The notes: generated by a model not told the origin, from the letters alone. A stretch of DNA of 64,000 nt from Paraspadella gotoi (GCA_051294375.1 CM119270.1:16338573-16402572), one strand, 5' to 3'; positions 24,777-47,994 are shown, numbered from the stretch's first letter. Numbers and translations: made by a program.

Positions 24777-27700
24777 GTTATTTTGCTTACTAATTTTTTT
24801 TCCTATTATATACTTGCAATTTTTGTTACATATGGTTGAAACATATCTATTTAAAAGAGAAAAAATTAAATTACTTTAATATAATACTTTTTATTTTTTA
24901 ACTTTTTCCAAAAAATCCAAAAAATATACCATAAAACTTATCATATTAGTTTACTTCTTTCATAGTATTAAGGAGATAACAGTTTTTGAATTTGAACAAC
25001 AATTTTTATTGACAAAATTTTAAGTCAGGATATGTTTCGGCTCACAAGGGTTAGAGCCTTCATCAGCAGTTTTGAAATCAACAATTTTTTTCTCTGTTAA
25101 TGTTAAGTTTTGGAGAGAGAGAGAAAGATTTTCCAACAAAGAATAGGGTAAGAGACAGTGGCCCGATGTGAGAACAGCTAAAGGTGAGGACAGGGAAGAA
25201 GAAGCAAATTTTGTGAAAAGTCAAAAAGAGAAGGAGAGAGAGAGAAAAAAATTAATATCAATACATTTGGTAATGTACAACAGAGATATAGTGGAATAAA
25301 TTAAATTAAAAAACTTAAAGATAAACTAATATTTAACAAAAATAAAATATATTAAATTAGTTCTAACTAAATAAATAAATAAAGTGAATTAAAGTGAAAT
25401 TTGAAATGGAAGAATAAGTGGTGAGGATAGTTAAGTAAAGTGATAGTGAAAGTAAGTGTAAGAAAGAGCTCAAAATGAGCTGGCTCCCCCCGGCCGGGTA
25501 AATAGAGGATATATTATATGCCTGAAAGGAATAACCATACTTGTGTATCCTGTCAATCTTTTTTTATTAAGGTCGGACTAAGTGATAGACAAAAAGCATT
25601 GGTCAAGTTCAGGGTTTGAAAAGGGACTGGCCAGGAATAATGGGGATATAATAAGCCTTTCCATTCACCCTGAATGAACCCAATAAAAACCCTAACCCTA
25701 ATTAATTTATCTTATTTGTAATCTTGCATCATTTACAGCAGGCCATTTTTTTAGCCCTAACCCTAACCTTTTATCTCATGCCAAGCTAAAATCTTAAATC
25801 TTAACTCTACAAGGTGACACACAACAGCCTGCCGCTAAAAAAAATCGTCATTTACAAATTTGTAAATTTTTTTTAATCTGAAAAAGTTTTTCTGTAATAA
25901 AAACCTAAATCATTTATATAACCAAATTTTATATTGATTGGTTTTGATTTGACTTGTCACTGAGCAGAGAAAAGTTGCCTTCAAAATTGTGTTTCATTTT
26001 AAAACTTTATTTTTTTATTCAATCTGTTTTTCTAACTTTTTAACTATTTTTTTACAAAACTTTATATAAAAAGGTATCAAAATTAATATATTCTGAAAGC
26101 TTTTAAAAATATAAAGAGATTGGCATAATTAAAAATACTGTAATATTAAAAATACCTATCTGCTTTAAGATAATTATTAAATTAAAAATTCTTAAAGAGC
26201 AGTTTTTGAATAATTATTAAATTATTGTTAGCTATTTAATTTAGTTTTTCTTAAGCTTTTTTATGATACTTATATAAACAATAATTGGTAAGATCATTAT
26301 AGTAAGAATAGGTCAGATATTTAAAAAAAATTATTTTAGTATTTTATTATTTCAATTTGGATTCTCTTAATTAAACTAAAGCTGGTTAGGCTTATTTTCA
26401 GTTAGAATATTCTTAAATATATCATTTTCTCAAATTTTCAAGAGCTTTCAGAAGATATTAATATTGATACCTTTTTATATAAAAGTTTTTATTTGGAGAG
26501 AAAACAAAAATTTGTTATTTGATAACAATGGTTTTGTTGTTATTTAAATTGGACATTTTTTGACTCTAGGACTTCATAGTTTTTATTAGCATTAAATTCA
26601 AAAACATTTCAGTTTTTAAATATTGAGTTTGTAAATTTAAATGCTGATGAAGACCCGAAAGTTATAGAATCGAAACATATCCGATTTAAATAGAAACAAA
26701 ATTATTGTTGTCAAATAATGAATTTTTGTTTTCTCTCTAAATAATTCAAAAAAACAAAAAAGAAAGGATTAATACAATGTAAAAGTTTTTTAAAAAATGT
26801 TTATAAGTTAGACGATAAAATTGAAAAAAAAAGATTTGTTTTAAAATGAAAGACAATTTTTAAAGCAACTTTTTCCTGGTGATTATCAAGTCAATCATAA
26901 CCAATAAATATAAAATTTGGATATATAAATGTTTTAGGTTTTTGCTATAGAAAAATCTTTCAGATTAAAAATATCTTCACAAGTTTGCAAATGACAATTT
27001 GAAGTTGAGACATGGGGATAAATACATCACCTGCGGGCTCTTCCCTCAAAACTAAACCCTAACCCAAGTTTCCCGTACATCTCCATGCCTTTCCCAAGCC
27101 TAACCCAGGTCTAGGCCTCCCATACATTTCCATGCCTCAACCCTAACCACCTTCGACTCGCTAACTGTGGTCTTTCCTAACCCTAACCCTTACCCGGGCC
27201 TCTTGTTTAACTCCATTCCTCTCCCTAATCCTAACCCAGACCCTGTCCTCCAGTACATCTCTGTGCCTAAAACCCTTTGATGCATCAACCATCGGCTTTT
27301 CCCCTAACCCGAGCCTCTCGTTCAACTCATGCTTTTCTCCCAAATCTAACCCTAACTCGGGCCTGGGCTTCCCATATATCTCTGTGCCTTAACCCTAACC
27401 CTATCCGCCTTTGATGCATCAACAGTAAGCCTCTCCCCTACCCTAACCCAGGCCTCCCATTCAACTTCATGCCTCTCTCCTAACCCTAACCTTAACCCAG
27501 GACCGGGCTTCCTTATATATTCGTACCTCAACTTTATTCCCTAATATCCATTGCCAATACCTTCCTTAACCCTAATGCCGGCTTTTTGTTTAAAATTTTA
27601 CCTTAAAATTGACATTAACCCTAACCATAACCTTAAACTACTTAACTTTAAGCCTAACCTAAATTACTCAACCCTAACCCTAATTATTACCAACTCAACC

Positions 27701-30700
27701 TTAACCCTAAACCAAACCAACTCAACCCTAATCTAACCTTAAACTATCTCAACCCTAACCTTAACCATAATCTGAGTTTTAAGTAAAATCACCATAATAA
27801 ATAAAAATGTGCTAATCTAATATTAAAATTTAAACAATTAAATTACCAAAAAGTGAGGATGTTACCAAAAAATAAAAAAAATATTTTGCTTATTATTTTA
27901 ATATTTTTAAATATAATTTTAATTATATAAATATATTTTTTAATATTAAAATATATTATATATTATAATATAAAATAAATATTAATTATAATAAAAATAT
28001 AAATTATATAATTTAAAGAATATATTATGAATATTTAATTTCTTAAATTTTAATTATATATATAGTAATGGAGCCGGAGTTGGAGCCGGAAGCCGGAGCC
28101 GGAGCCGAGTTGAAATTTTTGCTGGAGCCGGAGCTGGAGCCGGAGCGGAAAAAAAATTTTGCTTGGAGCTGGAGCCGGAGCTGGAGCCGGAAAAAAATTT
28201 GGCCTGGAGCTGGAGCCGGAGCCGGAGCCGAGACAAAATTAGGTCGGCTCCACATCCCTGCTCTTAAGTACTAATTATTGAAAGAATCATAATATATTGG
28301 GGAAATTTAAGCGCAGGCATGAAATAAAAGAAACGTCGTTTTCAGCATTTACATTCTTAATACCAGCTCACATGATAACATGATTACACAATTATGAAAT
28401 GTATACATCATGAAGCAAATAAAAGTCTTTACTTTCTAGCTTCCAATACGCCATGCTCGACGGGCGGCTCCAACCTGTCGCACATGCTGGAGACAAAGAG
28501 TCCAATGGCGATTGCGACCAGGGCTTCCATGACAATAGCTGCTGTTACTGTCCGATAGAGGGCGAGGAGTGATACTGGCGCAGCATAGAATGTCAACCAA
28601 AAAATTACGTTGACGATGACTATGATAGTTAGAAGCACCTGACGCAGAGACGAGACAAGCTTAGTTCCGATATTTATTTATCTTTATTATCTTTCCTTAA
28701 TTGAGAGCAGTTGCAGTTAAAACGTAGTCAAACTCAAAATCTGAGTTAGCAAAAAAAATAAATTAAAATTTCTTTTACCATGACACTGCTCTAAGCGACA
28801 CTTTTATTATTTTCAACCAACCTCTATGGTGAAAAAAACGGCGATTGCAAAGTAGTATATAGGAATAGGGTATAAGTTGCTTGCGGAGTCACGTTGAATC
28901 GCCTCCGAATCATTAGGGATGACAATCGTTAGCAAAATCACCGTGCTGGAATTGTTGGAAAAACAAATTCACGGCGAATGAATTTTCATAACGAGCCTCT
29001 TATAAAGAATTAACTGATAACCTGACAATTAGTTTGGCATATTTATATTATCTATTCATATCTAAATAATTCCTAATTTATAATGATGTCGATATGATGC
29101 GTTGTGATGCCAGTTGTGTGGGATAACTCTAAGGTTGCCCTGTATCACTGGACGGATTAATTTTTCTGTAGATATTGTCAAAACATATACCATTGTGAAA
29201 TTTGGATGGCGAGTAAGGATGCAAAGCCATTTTACTAGAATGGGAGGTTTCTGCTACATGAAACGTAATCATATCAGATCTGTGGGGCGTCATGTTTGTA
29301 AATAGACTAAAACACGATATTATGGCAACAGCCGGGTTGCCTGTGATGCCCATTGGGATGGGGCATCTCACTGTTGGCTTTGGGGGCTTCCGACCCTCAG
29401 TGACGCCTCCAGTCACTGGCGCGGTTACCCAAGGACGGTCTCGCTTTGCCAACGCAGAGGGAAGTCGTTAGGACTGTGGTTGGAACACTACGCCTGGGAT
29501 GGTGTGTTCCCCCTCTGAGCCAATGGAATTGGCTGAAGGATGGTGGACGTGAGGCGGTGCGAATATACCACCACAATATTCGATTTAAAATTACTCGGGA
29601 TTATTAATTATATTTAGCACCTCAACGGACGCGTCAAGTCGGTATCTACACTGTGCTCCACCTGTGAAGAGGTAAAAAGGCGAGAATAAAGATGAGGCCG
29701 ACTGTGTTATTTCTCGACGATTGCTTGTCAAAGTCGATGCCGTGGTAAAGAATCCCAATACAAAAACTGACGATGACAAGCCCGATGAATCGCACAAAGA
29801 AGGATGCTGGATTGCGAATGGCATTCTTTAGTTGTCGATCAAATATGAGACGGAACTGTCGAGTAAAAAAAAAATTGAAAAAAAAACAAAAAAAAAAAAC
29901 AAAAAAACGATTCTTTGATACATTATTATCATCGTCATTCGATTTATAATTTAATCAATTAAATTTATGCCTGCGTAAAGCCGTGTCCCAACGAAACCAA
30001 AATGCACTCCATTTCTTGCGCTTTCTCCATGAATTTATCGGACTGAGGATGTGACTCCAACGTCCGGATTATATTTTTCACTTCATCTTCTTTCCCACTC
30101 GCGGCGAAGGCTCTGGCGATTTTATCGATGCGTCGAAGACAGTGTTCTTGAAAACCCGGCACCATCGAGAGCGTCAAAGTGTAGTGGTCGGCCGGGTTGT
30201 AATTCGTTGGGCAAGGAAAGCCCGCCGCTACAAATATCTGATTAAAAAGGGCGATGGTTTCAATCTTATTTCGTTTTTAATCGTAAAGAAGAAGGATAAA
30301 CATGGAGTAAAACCTTTGTTTCTACCTATATCATATAGTTTTTTATACACTATTAGCTTAAAAAGTATCAAATTCACGTTCTTTTTAATACAAAACCACC
30401 AAAAATGCTCACATCATAGCAATCCGAAGATTTTCCGATGAATACGCACTTCCCGTTTGCCATGAGACAAATGTCATCAAAAAGCTCAAATATCTCAGAT
30501 GACGGTTGATGGATTGTGCAGATAATTGTCCGCCCATGGCTCGCGTAATTCTAGCAAGATCAGGGGTTGCGTGAAGAACCATGCTCAAACCATGCTCATT
30601 GTGCACTTTGATTTTATTCCCAAAGGCAAAGGTAGATGGGACAAATACATACGACTTCCGAGGGTGCCGGGCATCACGGGGGTGAATTTACTAATTGTGA

Positions 30701-32292
30701 AATATTCTTCAAATAGGAAGTCTGTTCCTGTCACCCTCCACCTTGAGCCTCTCGACGAGACTCCGCGCGAGGTACGAGTCAAGACCGGAAGTGGGTTCGT
30801 CGCAAAAGATGAGGATGGAGCGATCGATGACCTCAGTGGCGAAGGATAGACGCCGCATCTCCCCGCCGGAGATTCCCTTCAACGTCCCGGGAATCCCGAT
30901 GTGCGTGTTTTGACAGGAGGTCAGCCCCATTTCAAAGATGAGGCGATTCACGTTGATTTCGCGAGCTTTGCGCGGAAGTTTCTTCGCGAAAGGAAGGGGG
31001 GAGAGAAAATTTGTGTAGATTTTTAAAAATTATCACTATGTGGGACAAATTGGGACATATTGTTTTAAATCTATATAATTCGGTTTTCATCAAGACCGAT
31101 GTTGCAATCTAGAGTAAGTTAGTCCTGTCATTCTGTCTGTCTGTCAGTGTATCTGTCGTCCATTCCGACAAATAAGGTTAATTATTAGTTTAAGGATATA
31201 GGTAACCCCCATTTGAATGTATCCGTTGTTTGACCAAAATATATATTTTTCCACTACCTTTAATCGCAGCGCTGAATGGAAGCACAGATGCTCCCGAACT
31301 GTGAGGCAACCGAAAAAGATGTCCTTTTGTGGAACATAGGCGGAGATGTCACTCATGATTTTGCGGTTCACCTTGTGGCCATTGACTCTCACGGATCCTA
31401 GGATACAATCAGGTAAAGTTTTGATCAAAAGCTAGCAACGTTTTGTTGGATTATCTTTTTATCTTGTAAACAGTAAACAGTAAACAGTCAGAAAGCCCAT
31501 CATAACCTATCCGTTTTCCAAAGTCATCGGCTGATCATGATTATCTATGAAATGAATGGACTTTAGTGCCACACAGGCGGGACAAATTACCCCAAGTTTC
31601 AGAAAATCAGCTCTCACTGTGGTCCGCCATAAGAGTTAACGTCCCGTTCCATTCACTAGCAAAGCCACCAATGAGTTTCAAACCCAAGACCACTTGGTGG
31701 AAAAACATAATCAAGAATTAGTGTACCAAGTTCTCCTCATACCCTTGATATTGAGTCCGCCCATTTTTCGAAAAGTCAGCACATTCATCAGCGTCGTCTT
31801 CCCCGCTCCAGAAGCGCCCATCAACCCCATCAGTTTTCCGGGTAAAACGACGCCGTTGACGTCCCTGAAAATTAAAGTTAGGCGCGGTCGAATGATCCAC
31901 CACAAAAACCGTAAAGGTCACGCCAATTACTCGAGGATCTTAGTTGGTTCCTTTTTTTTTCTCCCCTTCGACTTCGGGGTAGCGCTGATGTTTGACCACG
32001 AGAGAGTGAGACGATACTTTTCCGGGACGCCAGTCTGCGTCAACAGGGAGTTCTTGAAAACGCCGGAGATGGGCTTGACTCGGGCCAAGGGCGTGTCATT
32101 GGGGTTGATGGCGGAATATTGAGAGGAGACTTTGAACAAATCGGTTTTGCTAACATTGGCGCTGGCAGGGTCGGCGGCATTTACGTCGGCAGGGTCGGTG
32201 GCAGTGTCGGTGAAGTTTCGGTAGGAAGGGTCGGTATATTTTGAGCTGGCAGAGTCGATGTGCGGAGTTTCAATTTCAGGTCTATTGGTTCC
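22618..32292 (-). CDS. ABCG (white/scarlet-like) half transporter, paralogue A (start exon not resolved)
   Basis: Exons 32292-31931, 31864-31743 (GASGAGKTT Walker A), 31397-31258, 30981-30742 ([24 protein letters not shown]), 30550-30413 ([11 protein letters not shown]), 30237-29971, 29855-29662, 28945-28822, 28638-28475, 24139-24065, about 23290-23097 (noisy) and 22818-22618 (stop TGA). Confidence 0.92.
22858..23064 (+). mobile_element. Structured about 210-bp element, family 2, with a tRNA-like segment (noisy copy)
   Basis: Reverse-complement match to 37024-37232; contains attcgcctcccaacccaaaggtccggg..., resembling the anticodon/T-arm region of tRNA-Gly. Confidence 0.7.
25020..25075 (-). 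ncRNA. Penelope-type minimal hammerhead ribozyme motif (probably degenerate)
   Basis: Minus strand: CTGATGA-a-ggctc-taacccttgt-gagcc-GAAAC-at-ATC with a perfect 5-bp stem II and downstream aataaa. Stem III has A where G is expected, and stem I is weak. Confidence 0.6.
25845..27000. mobile_element. Long-TIR MITE nested in the hAT element
   Basis: 25845-26110 is a diverged inverted copy of 26430-26490 plus 26781-27000 (e.g. aaaaggtatcaaaattaat / attaatattgataccttttt; accaaattttatat / atataaaatttgg). Confidence 0.7.
26491..26742. mobile_element. Inverted pair of Penelope-like ends, each with a hammerhead core remnant
   Basis: Plus copy CTGATGA (26644) ... GAAACATATC-cgatttaaa, with upstream tttaaatg able to form stem I. 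The mirror copy keeps ATGTC-caatttaaat. Outer inverted repeat atttggagagaaaacaaaaatt / aatttttgttttctctctaaat. The insertion is flanked by duplicated taaaagttttt. Confidence 0.6.
27050..27770. repeat. Degenerate (CCCTAA)n-rich tract
   Basis: Many taaccctaaccc units interspersed with a longer degenerate repeat; a smaller cluster at 25690-25770. Confidence 0.7.
29321..29575 (-). mobile_element. Short structured element, family 1 (255-bp copy), 4-bp TSD ATAT
   Basis: atat|TATGGCAAC...ACCACCACA|atat; chain of hairpins; second copy at 17501-17611. Confidence 0.8.
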
Positions 32293-32351
32293 CTGCAGAA
32301 GAGAACAGCTTTGGGTTTACAGTCCGAACTCTCTCTCTCTCTCTCTCTCTC

Positions 32352-32395
<44 letters not shown>

Positions 32396-33008
32396 CTCTC
32401 TTCATCTCTCTCTCTCTCTCTCTTCTCTTCTCTCTCTCTCTCTCTCTCTCCCTGTTTACCGTCATTTTCTGCCTCCATTCTTTGGTTTCCACGGAGAAAA
32501 GATTACCACGTTCAAACTATCGCGTCGTAACCAAGTTAGATTTTAAATTCGTATCACAGTAAAGTAAAGTAAATCCATTATTTATTCATTTAATTAACAA
32601 CGTAGTTTTTCGAAGTTTCTTCAACTCAAAATAGTTTTATCAATTAATGCAGAGTCAAAATTTATTGTACGCCGACGCTGCCGACATAACTCGGACTTTA
32701 ACCTTTGTTCATTGAGTCTAAATTTTTTTTCCCCCATCTCCTCCTTTGGCGCCAATGTCCAAAGCTTTTCTGCACCTTCGTTCGTCAGTTACAACAGTAA
32801 GATGTTTGGAAATTGTATTGGAATTTCCGTCATCAAATTATTTCTCGTTACATTTGAGAAAAAATAGGGTTGTTGCTTTCTCTCCCGAGTCTTCCTGGTT
32901 TCTCGTCGTCGTCGTCGTCGTCGTCGTCTTCGTATTCGTCATCGTTTGTCATTCTTTGACGTTTCCACGACGGGGCGCCTTGATGTTTCTGTGTCACTGG
33001 CAACGTCT

Positions 33009-33042
<34 letters not shown>

Positions 33043-34875
33043 TCCGTTCGTCGTCGTTTTATTCGACATAATTTTTTTCCCGTATTCTATTTCTTTTCAG
33101 AGAGTCCGTCGAAATACTAATCTTGAATATACTAATTTTACTACTTATTACAGTTACAGTCATGCTCTGGTGTAGAAATAACTTTAGTAAACTTTACTTA
33201 AGTCAGCTTCTTACTCTTTCACTTTTTCCTCGTTTTCTCTTTTCCGTTTAATTTATTTTCTTTCTTCTCTACTACCACTATCTCTACTATACTCTGTTTC
33301 ACCCCTTTTTCCTTCTACTTCTGTTTTGTATATTTTCTTATTTACTTTTCTCTATCTGGTCAAGTCTACTGTATCTATCTATATCTATCTATCTCTCTCC
33401 TCTCCCAATGTCCGCATTTCCATCTTCTTTTTTTCCTTTTTCTTCATCTCTTTCTTCTCCACTTCTCTTTCCTTCTTTCTCTCTCAATCTTCTTTCTTCC
33501 TATATTTGAAAGAGAGAAGAAAAAAAAGTTTCCCTTTGTTTTTCCTTCCTTTTTCTCTTCTTTACGATTTCCGCCTCGAATGAAATCATTAACCTTTTTT
33601 CCAGCCTTTGGAAGTTGAAGAGGAAAAAAAGGGGAGGGAGAGGGAGGAAGGGAGGAGAAAGGAGACAGGGGGAGGAATGGGGGAGGAAGAGAGGAAGGGG
33701 AAAGAAGGGAGAGAAGATGAAAGTATGGGAGGAAGAAGTGCAAGAGGAGTGCAAGAGAGGGTATGTCAGGGAAAGGTGAAGAAAGGGAGAGGAAGTGAGG
33801 GAGAAGGAAAAAGAGGTAGGAAGAGAGAGGAAGAGGAAGGGAGGAAGAGAAAGGAAAGGTGGGAGGAAAGGGAGGATAGGAAGACAAGATTGAGATATAC
33901 AGAGGTAGGACGAGGTGAGTATATAAAAAAAAGCCTGTCCTAAGTCAGGGGCAAGATAGCTTATTTATTAAATTAATGGATAATTATTATTTTGGTCGTA
34001 CCAATTTCATATAAGGGCGAAGAGAAAATGAAAGCGTTCATACCTCATTTTTAAAATCGTCTGCAAACGTTCATCTGCGATTCTTGGNNNNNNNNNNNNN
34101 NNNNNNNNNNNNNNNNNNNNNNNNNNNNNNNNNNNNNNNNNNNNNNNNNNNNNNNNNNNNNNNNNNNNNNNNNNNNNNNNNNNNNNNNNNNNNNNNNNNN
34201 NNNNNNNNNNNNNNNNNNNNNNNNNNNNNNNNNNNNNNNNNNNNNNNNNNNNNNNNNNNNNNNNNNNNNNNNNNNNNNNNNNNNNNNNNNNNNNNNNNGA
34301 CAAGCAGAAAAATAGGGGAGATTCAATGAAGAGTAAAAGATCTGAACCTTGAAAGATTTTTCTCATACGATGTATTTAATTTTTTTTTTATTTCAAAAAA
34401 TTTCGATATCTGGCAGCAAANNNNNNNNNNNNNNNNNNNNNNNNNNNNNNNNNNNNNNNNNNNNNNNNNNNNNNNNNNNNNNNNNNNNNNNNNNNNNNNN
34501 NNNNNNNNNNNNNNNNNNNNNNNNNNNNNNNNNNNNNNNNNNNNNNNNNNNNNNNNNNNNNNNNNNNNNNNNNNNNNNNNNNNNNNNNNNNNNNNNNNNN
34601 NNNNNNNNNNNNNNNNNNNNNNNNNNNNNNNNNNNNNNNNNNNNNNNNNNNNNNNNNNNNNNNNNNNNNNNNNNNNNNNNNNNNNNNNNNNNNNNNNNNN
34701 NNNNNNNNNAATAAAAAAAAAAATTCTTGATAGAATTTTATTGTTGCTGATGTAATTGTAATGAATAATATTAAAAGAGACCAAACATGGTTTTAATTTA
34801 ATCTAACGCGATGCCTTTTTTAGTCGAGACGCCCTTTAATCTCTGGATCTTATAAATTTGTGGAGGGGGTTCATG

Positions 34876-34922
<47 letters not shown>

Positions 34923-36100
34923 TCCCACTCCCACTCCCTCCCGTTGAATTAGTCTTCGAATCAAAGTTGAATTTCAGATCCAGAAAAGTATTGATTTTTT
35001 TTTCTCAACTCGAAATCCAGAATTGAGTTGTTGTTTTTCCGATTCGTGAGTCGAATCAGAAAAGCGAAAATAAAAAAAATCGATATTTCGTTTAGTGAAC
35101 AAAAAAAAAATGATGAAGAAAACAATTTGATTTGATAAGAATAAAGTTTTGCTTCTGAAAAGTTTTCAAATTAATTATTGATCTCATTGGTCATAATTTG
35201 GATTATTTTATCTTATTTTATTCATGGAGATAATTTAAATGCAACATTGTTATTATATTTTCGAAAATTTTTGTGAAGATTGAGAAAATCAGTGTATGAT
35301 ATTATAAATATTTTATTATTTACTTTATTGTTTCTTTCTTACTCAATCAAATCCAAAAGCAAAAAAAAAAAAAAAAACTCTAGTCGTTTTATTTACATTT
35401 ATTCAGTCATGAAGTTGTAAATAAATAGATGAATCCAAGTGTAAATTATTGATTCAATGATACAACCAAGTGATACGTTTAATTTAGACATGGGTATAAA
35501 AAAAAACTTTTGGTGGGCTAAAAAACGTAACAAAGTCAAAGGAAGAAACGATTGGGATGTTATCCTTTGTCTAGACAGTCGATTAAATTGCACAGCACTC
35601 TGGTATCTAGCGATCTGTTTTGTATTTTTATATCAGAACCTAAAAGGAGTAGTATAACTACTTCTAAGTAATTTAATCCCGAAACTTGGCCAAAGATAGG
35701 GAAAATTTAACGTTAAAACGCAGACTAGAATAAGACACTCGATCAAAAAAAAAGCCCTTCGCTAATTTTGAAATTGCGGAACTTTTTGTGATTAAATTTT
35801 TGTTTCCATTTTGACAGAGAGAACAATATATATATATAACTTAGCATCGTTATTTAGACTTTGGTATTATTTTGATATATATATATTTTTTTTGAGAAGT
35901 CGTCAAAACCAGTCTAAAATAGCTACGAAATTAAAAAAAAAAAAAAACCTAAGCAACGACTAAAAACAAAGATTTTACAAAAAAAAAAAGAACAAATAAT
36001 TTAACGATTAGTTTAAAAAAAAAAAACTAACTAAAATAATCATTATTCATTAGCAGGAGTCTTCGATAGATTAGCGACTCTTCCCTCGAGAGAAACGAAT

Positions 36101-46284
<10,184 letters not shown>

Positions 46285-46889
46285 TCACTGGGTAAATAAA
46301 TATTAAAAATAACTTTTTTTTTGGTGGGGGGGGGGAAGGAGAGGGAAAAAATAAGGCAAACGAATAATAGCGAGATCGGTTTACTGAGGGAATCGTTCTC
46401 GGACACGAACTGTTCTTATTACGAAAAGTGGTTGCGGTTTTAAGTCTAATTTGCATATTGCAGTAATCTTTAAAATCAGAATATTTATGATTCCAGTGTC
46501 AAACAGCCGTAGAATGCCAAAAAAAATAATTTAAACTAAATAAACATATGAAAAAGGTGGAGTTGCTAAAAGTTATCTATATTAAGCATGCATTTTTTAG
46601 GTTGCGATAAAAAAAGATTAATTGTTTTTAAGAGAATATTTTTGAAATACTTTTTAAAAAAATCGTGACACTATTATGAAAATATTTTATATGAAAGATT
46701 TTTTTTTTAAAAGAAATTAGAATAATTATACGAAAAATTCTTCTTTTCGAAAATATTCCGCCGTGAACATTTTGTCCTAACCTTAATGAGGTAGTACATT
46801 TGCTCATTTTTGAAGCGTTTAAATAGTATTATTTAACTTTATTATGCCTTTGAAGCCCTTCTCTTTTCAGAGTTCAGCAATCGGCATAC

Positions 46890-47141
46890 CTGGAGGATCT
46901 TTCTTCGGCGACGTCGAAAAAAAAATCCAGGATCGGTTCGAGGATCCACCGTCGACTGAATCCACCAAGGAGAAGACGATGATGATGACCCTCAACGACG
47001 AACGACGAACGACGACGACGACGACGACGGGACGACGATGGTGGGGATGATTATGGTGGATGAGAACGATGAAGAGGAGCGTGAAGAGGTGGTCTGTTCG
47101 GCCTGCTTCTCTCTCTCTCTCTCTCATTCTCTTCTTTCTCT

Positions 47142-47199
<58 letters not shown>

Positions 47200-47360
47200 G
47201 GGCCCGGATTGAGGATCTGCAAAGAGCCTTGGACGTTGAAGACCCGAGCGACGATGAGCTTCGGCAACGTTGCAGTAACAGTATAAGCTGGCAGCAGCAG
47301 CAACGGCAGCAACAAGCGAGGTTCGGTGAAGCGATCGGCTGCTGATTTTCGGATGTTGAC
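46890..47360 (-). other. Putative 5' leader exon of SERCA
   Basis: Acceptor tttttcacag| at 47360 and donor ccag|gtatgc at 46890. The next acceptor tttacccag| at 46287 precedes the ATG (gtcgccATGG) at 46119. Confidence 0.6.
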
Positions 47361-47430
47361 CTGTGAAAAAAAAACTTTTATGAGAAAAAGAGAGAGCGAG
47401 AAACTGAAATAGATAGGGGGAGAACGAGAG

Positions 47431-47487
<57 letters not shown>

Positions 47488-47994
47488 TCATAAAACGATA
47501 GAGGAGACCAATGTAAATCAATTCATGACGTAAAGGTAGAAATTTTTCTCTGTAATTGTGTTTAAGGTACTAAAAGGTCGAATCCAAAATTGTTTTCTTT
47601 TTTGTAAGGTTTTTTGGTGTGCTGTTATTTTGTTTTGTTAGTTGGGGTCAACTGTTAAGTAAACATAACTACAATTTTTATGAGGTAAGGACTTTCGCAA
47701 TGAGCTTATTATAATATTTACAAAAAAAAAAGATTACAAATTAAGCTGTGGATTAAAAAAAGAAAAAAAGAAAGAAAAAAATAGGACTGAAATCTTGTCT
47801 CTTTTTTTTTCGCTTCCATCTCCGTGAAGGTCAACGGGTCCCAAGGAAGACAGGACCAATTCTTTTCTCTTTTCTTTATTTCATTTCCTTTTCTTTTTCT
47901 CATTCGCTCCTCCTTTGTTTCCTTTCTCCTTTCTTCTGAGCTCCTTTCCTTTATTTCCTGGAGGAGAAACGGTCCGTCCTTCGTTGTTCTTTCT

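Larger units (their letters stand above)
24246..28260. mobile_element. Non-autonomous hAT DNA transposon in an ABCG-A intron
   Basis: 16-bp TIR CAGGGATGTGGAGCCG at both ends; perfect 8-bp TSD ctcttaag (24238-24245 and 28261-28268); subterminal (GGAGCY)n arrays; no transposase ORF. Confidence 0.92.

Noticed and set aside
27050-27770. Real telomere or chromosome fusion site
   Set aside because: The CCCTAA units are short, interrupted and lie inside a transposon.
32848-33069. ORF MSNKTTT... as the first exon of ABCG-A
   Set aside because: It is low complexity and I found no donor in the phase needed to join the acceptor at 32292; left unresolved.
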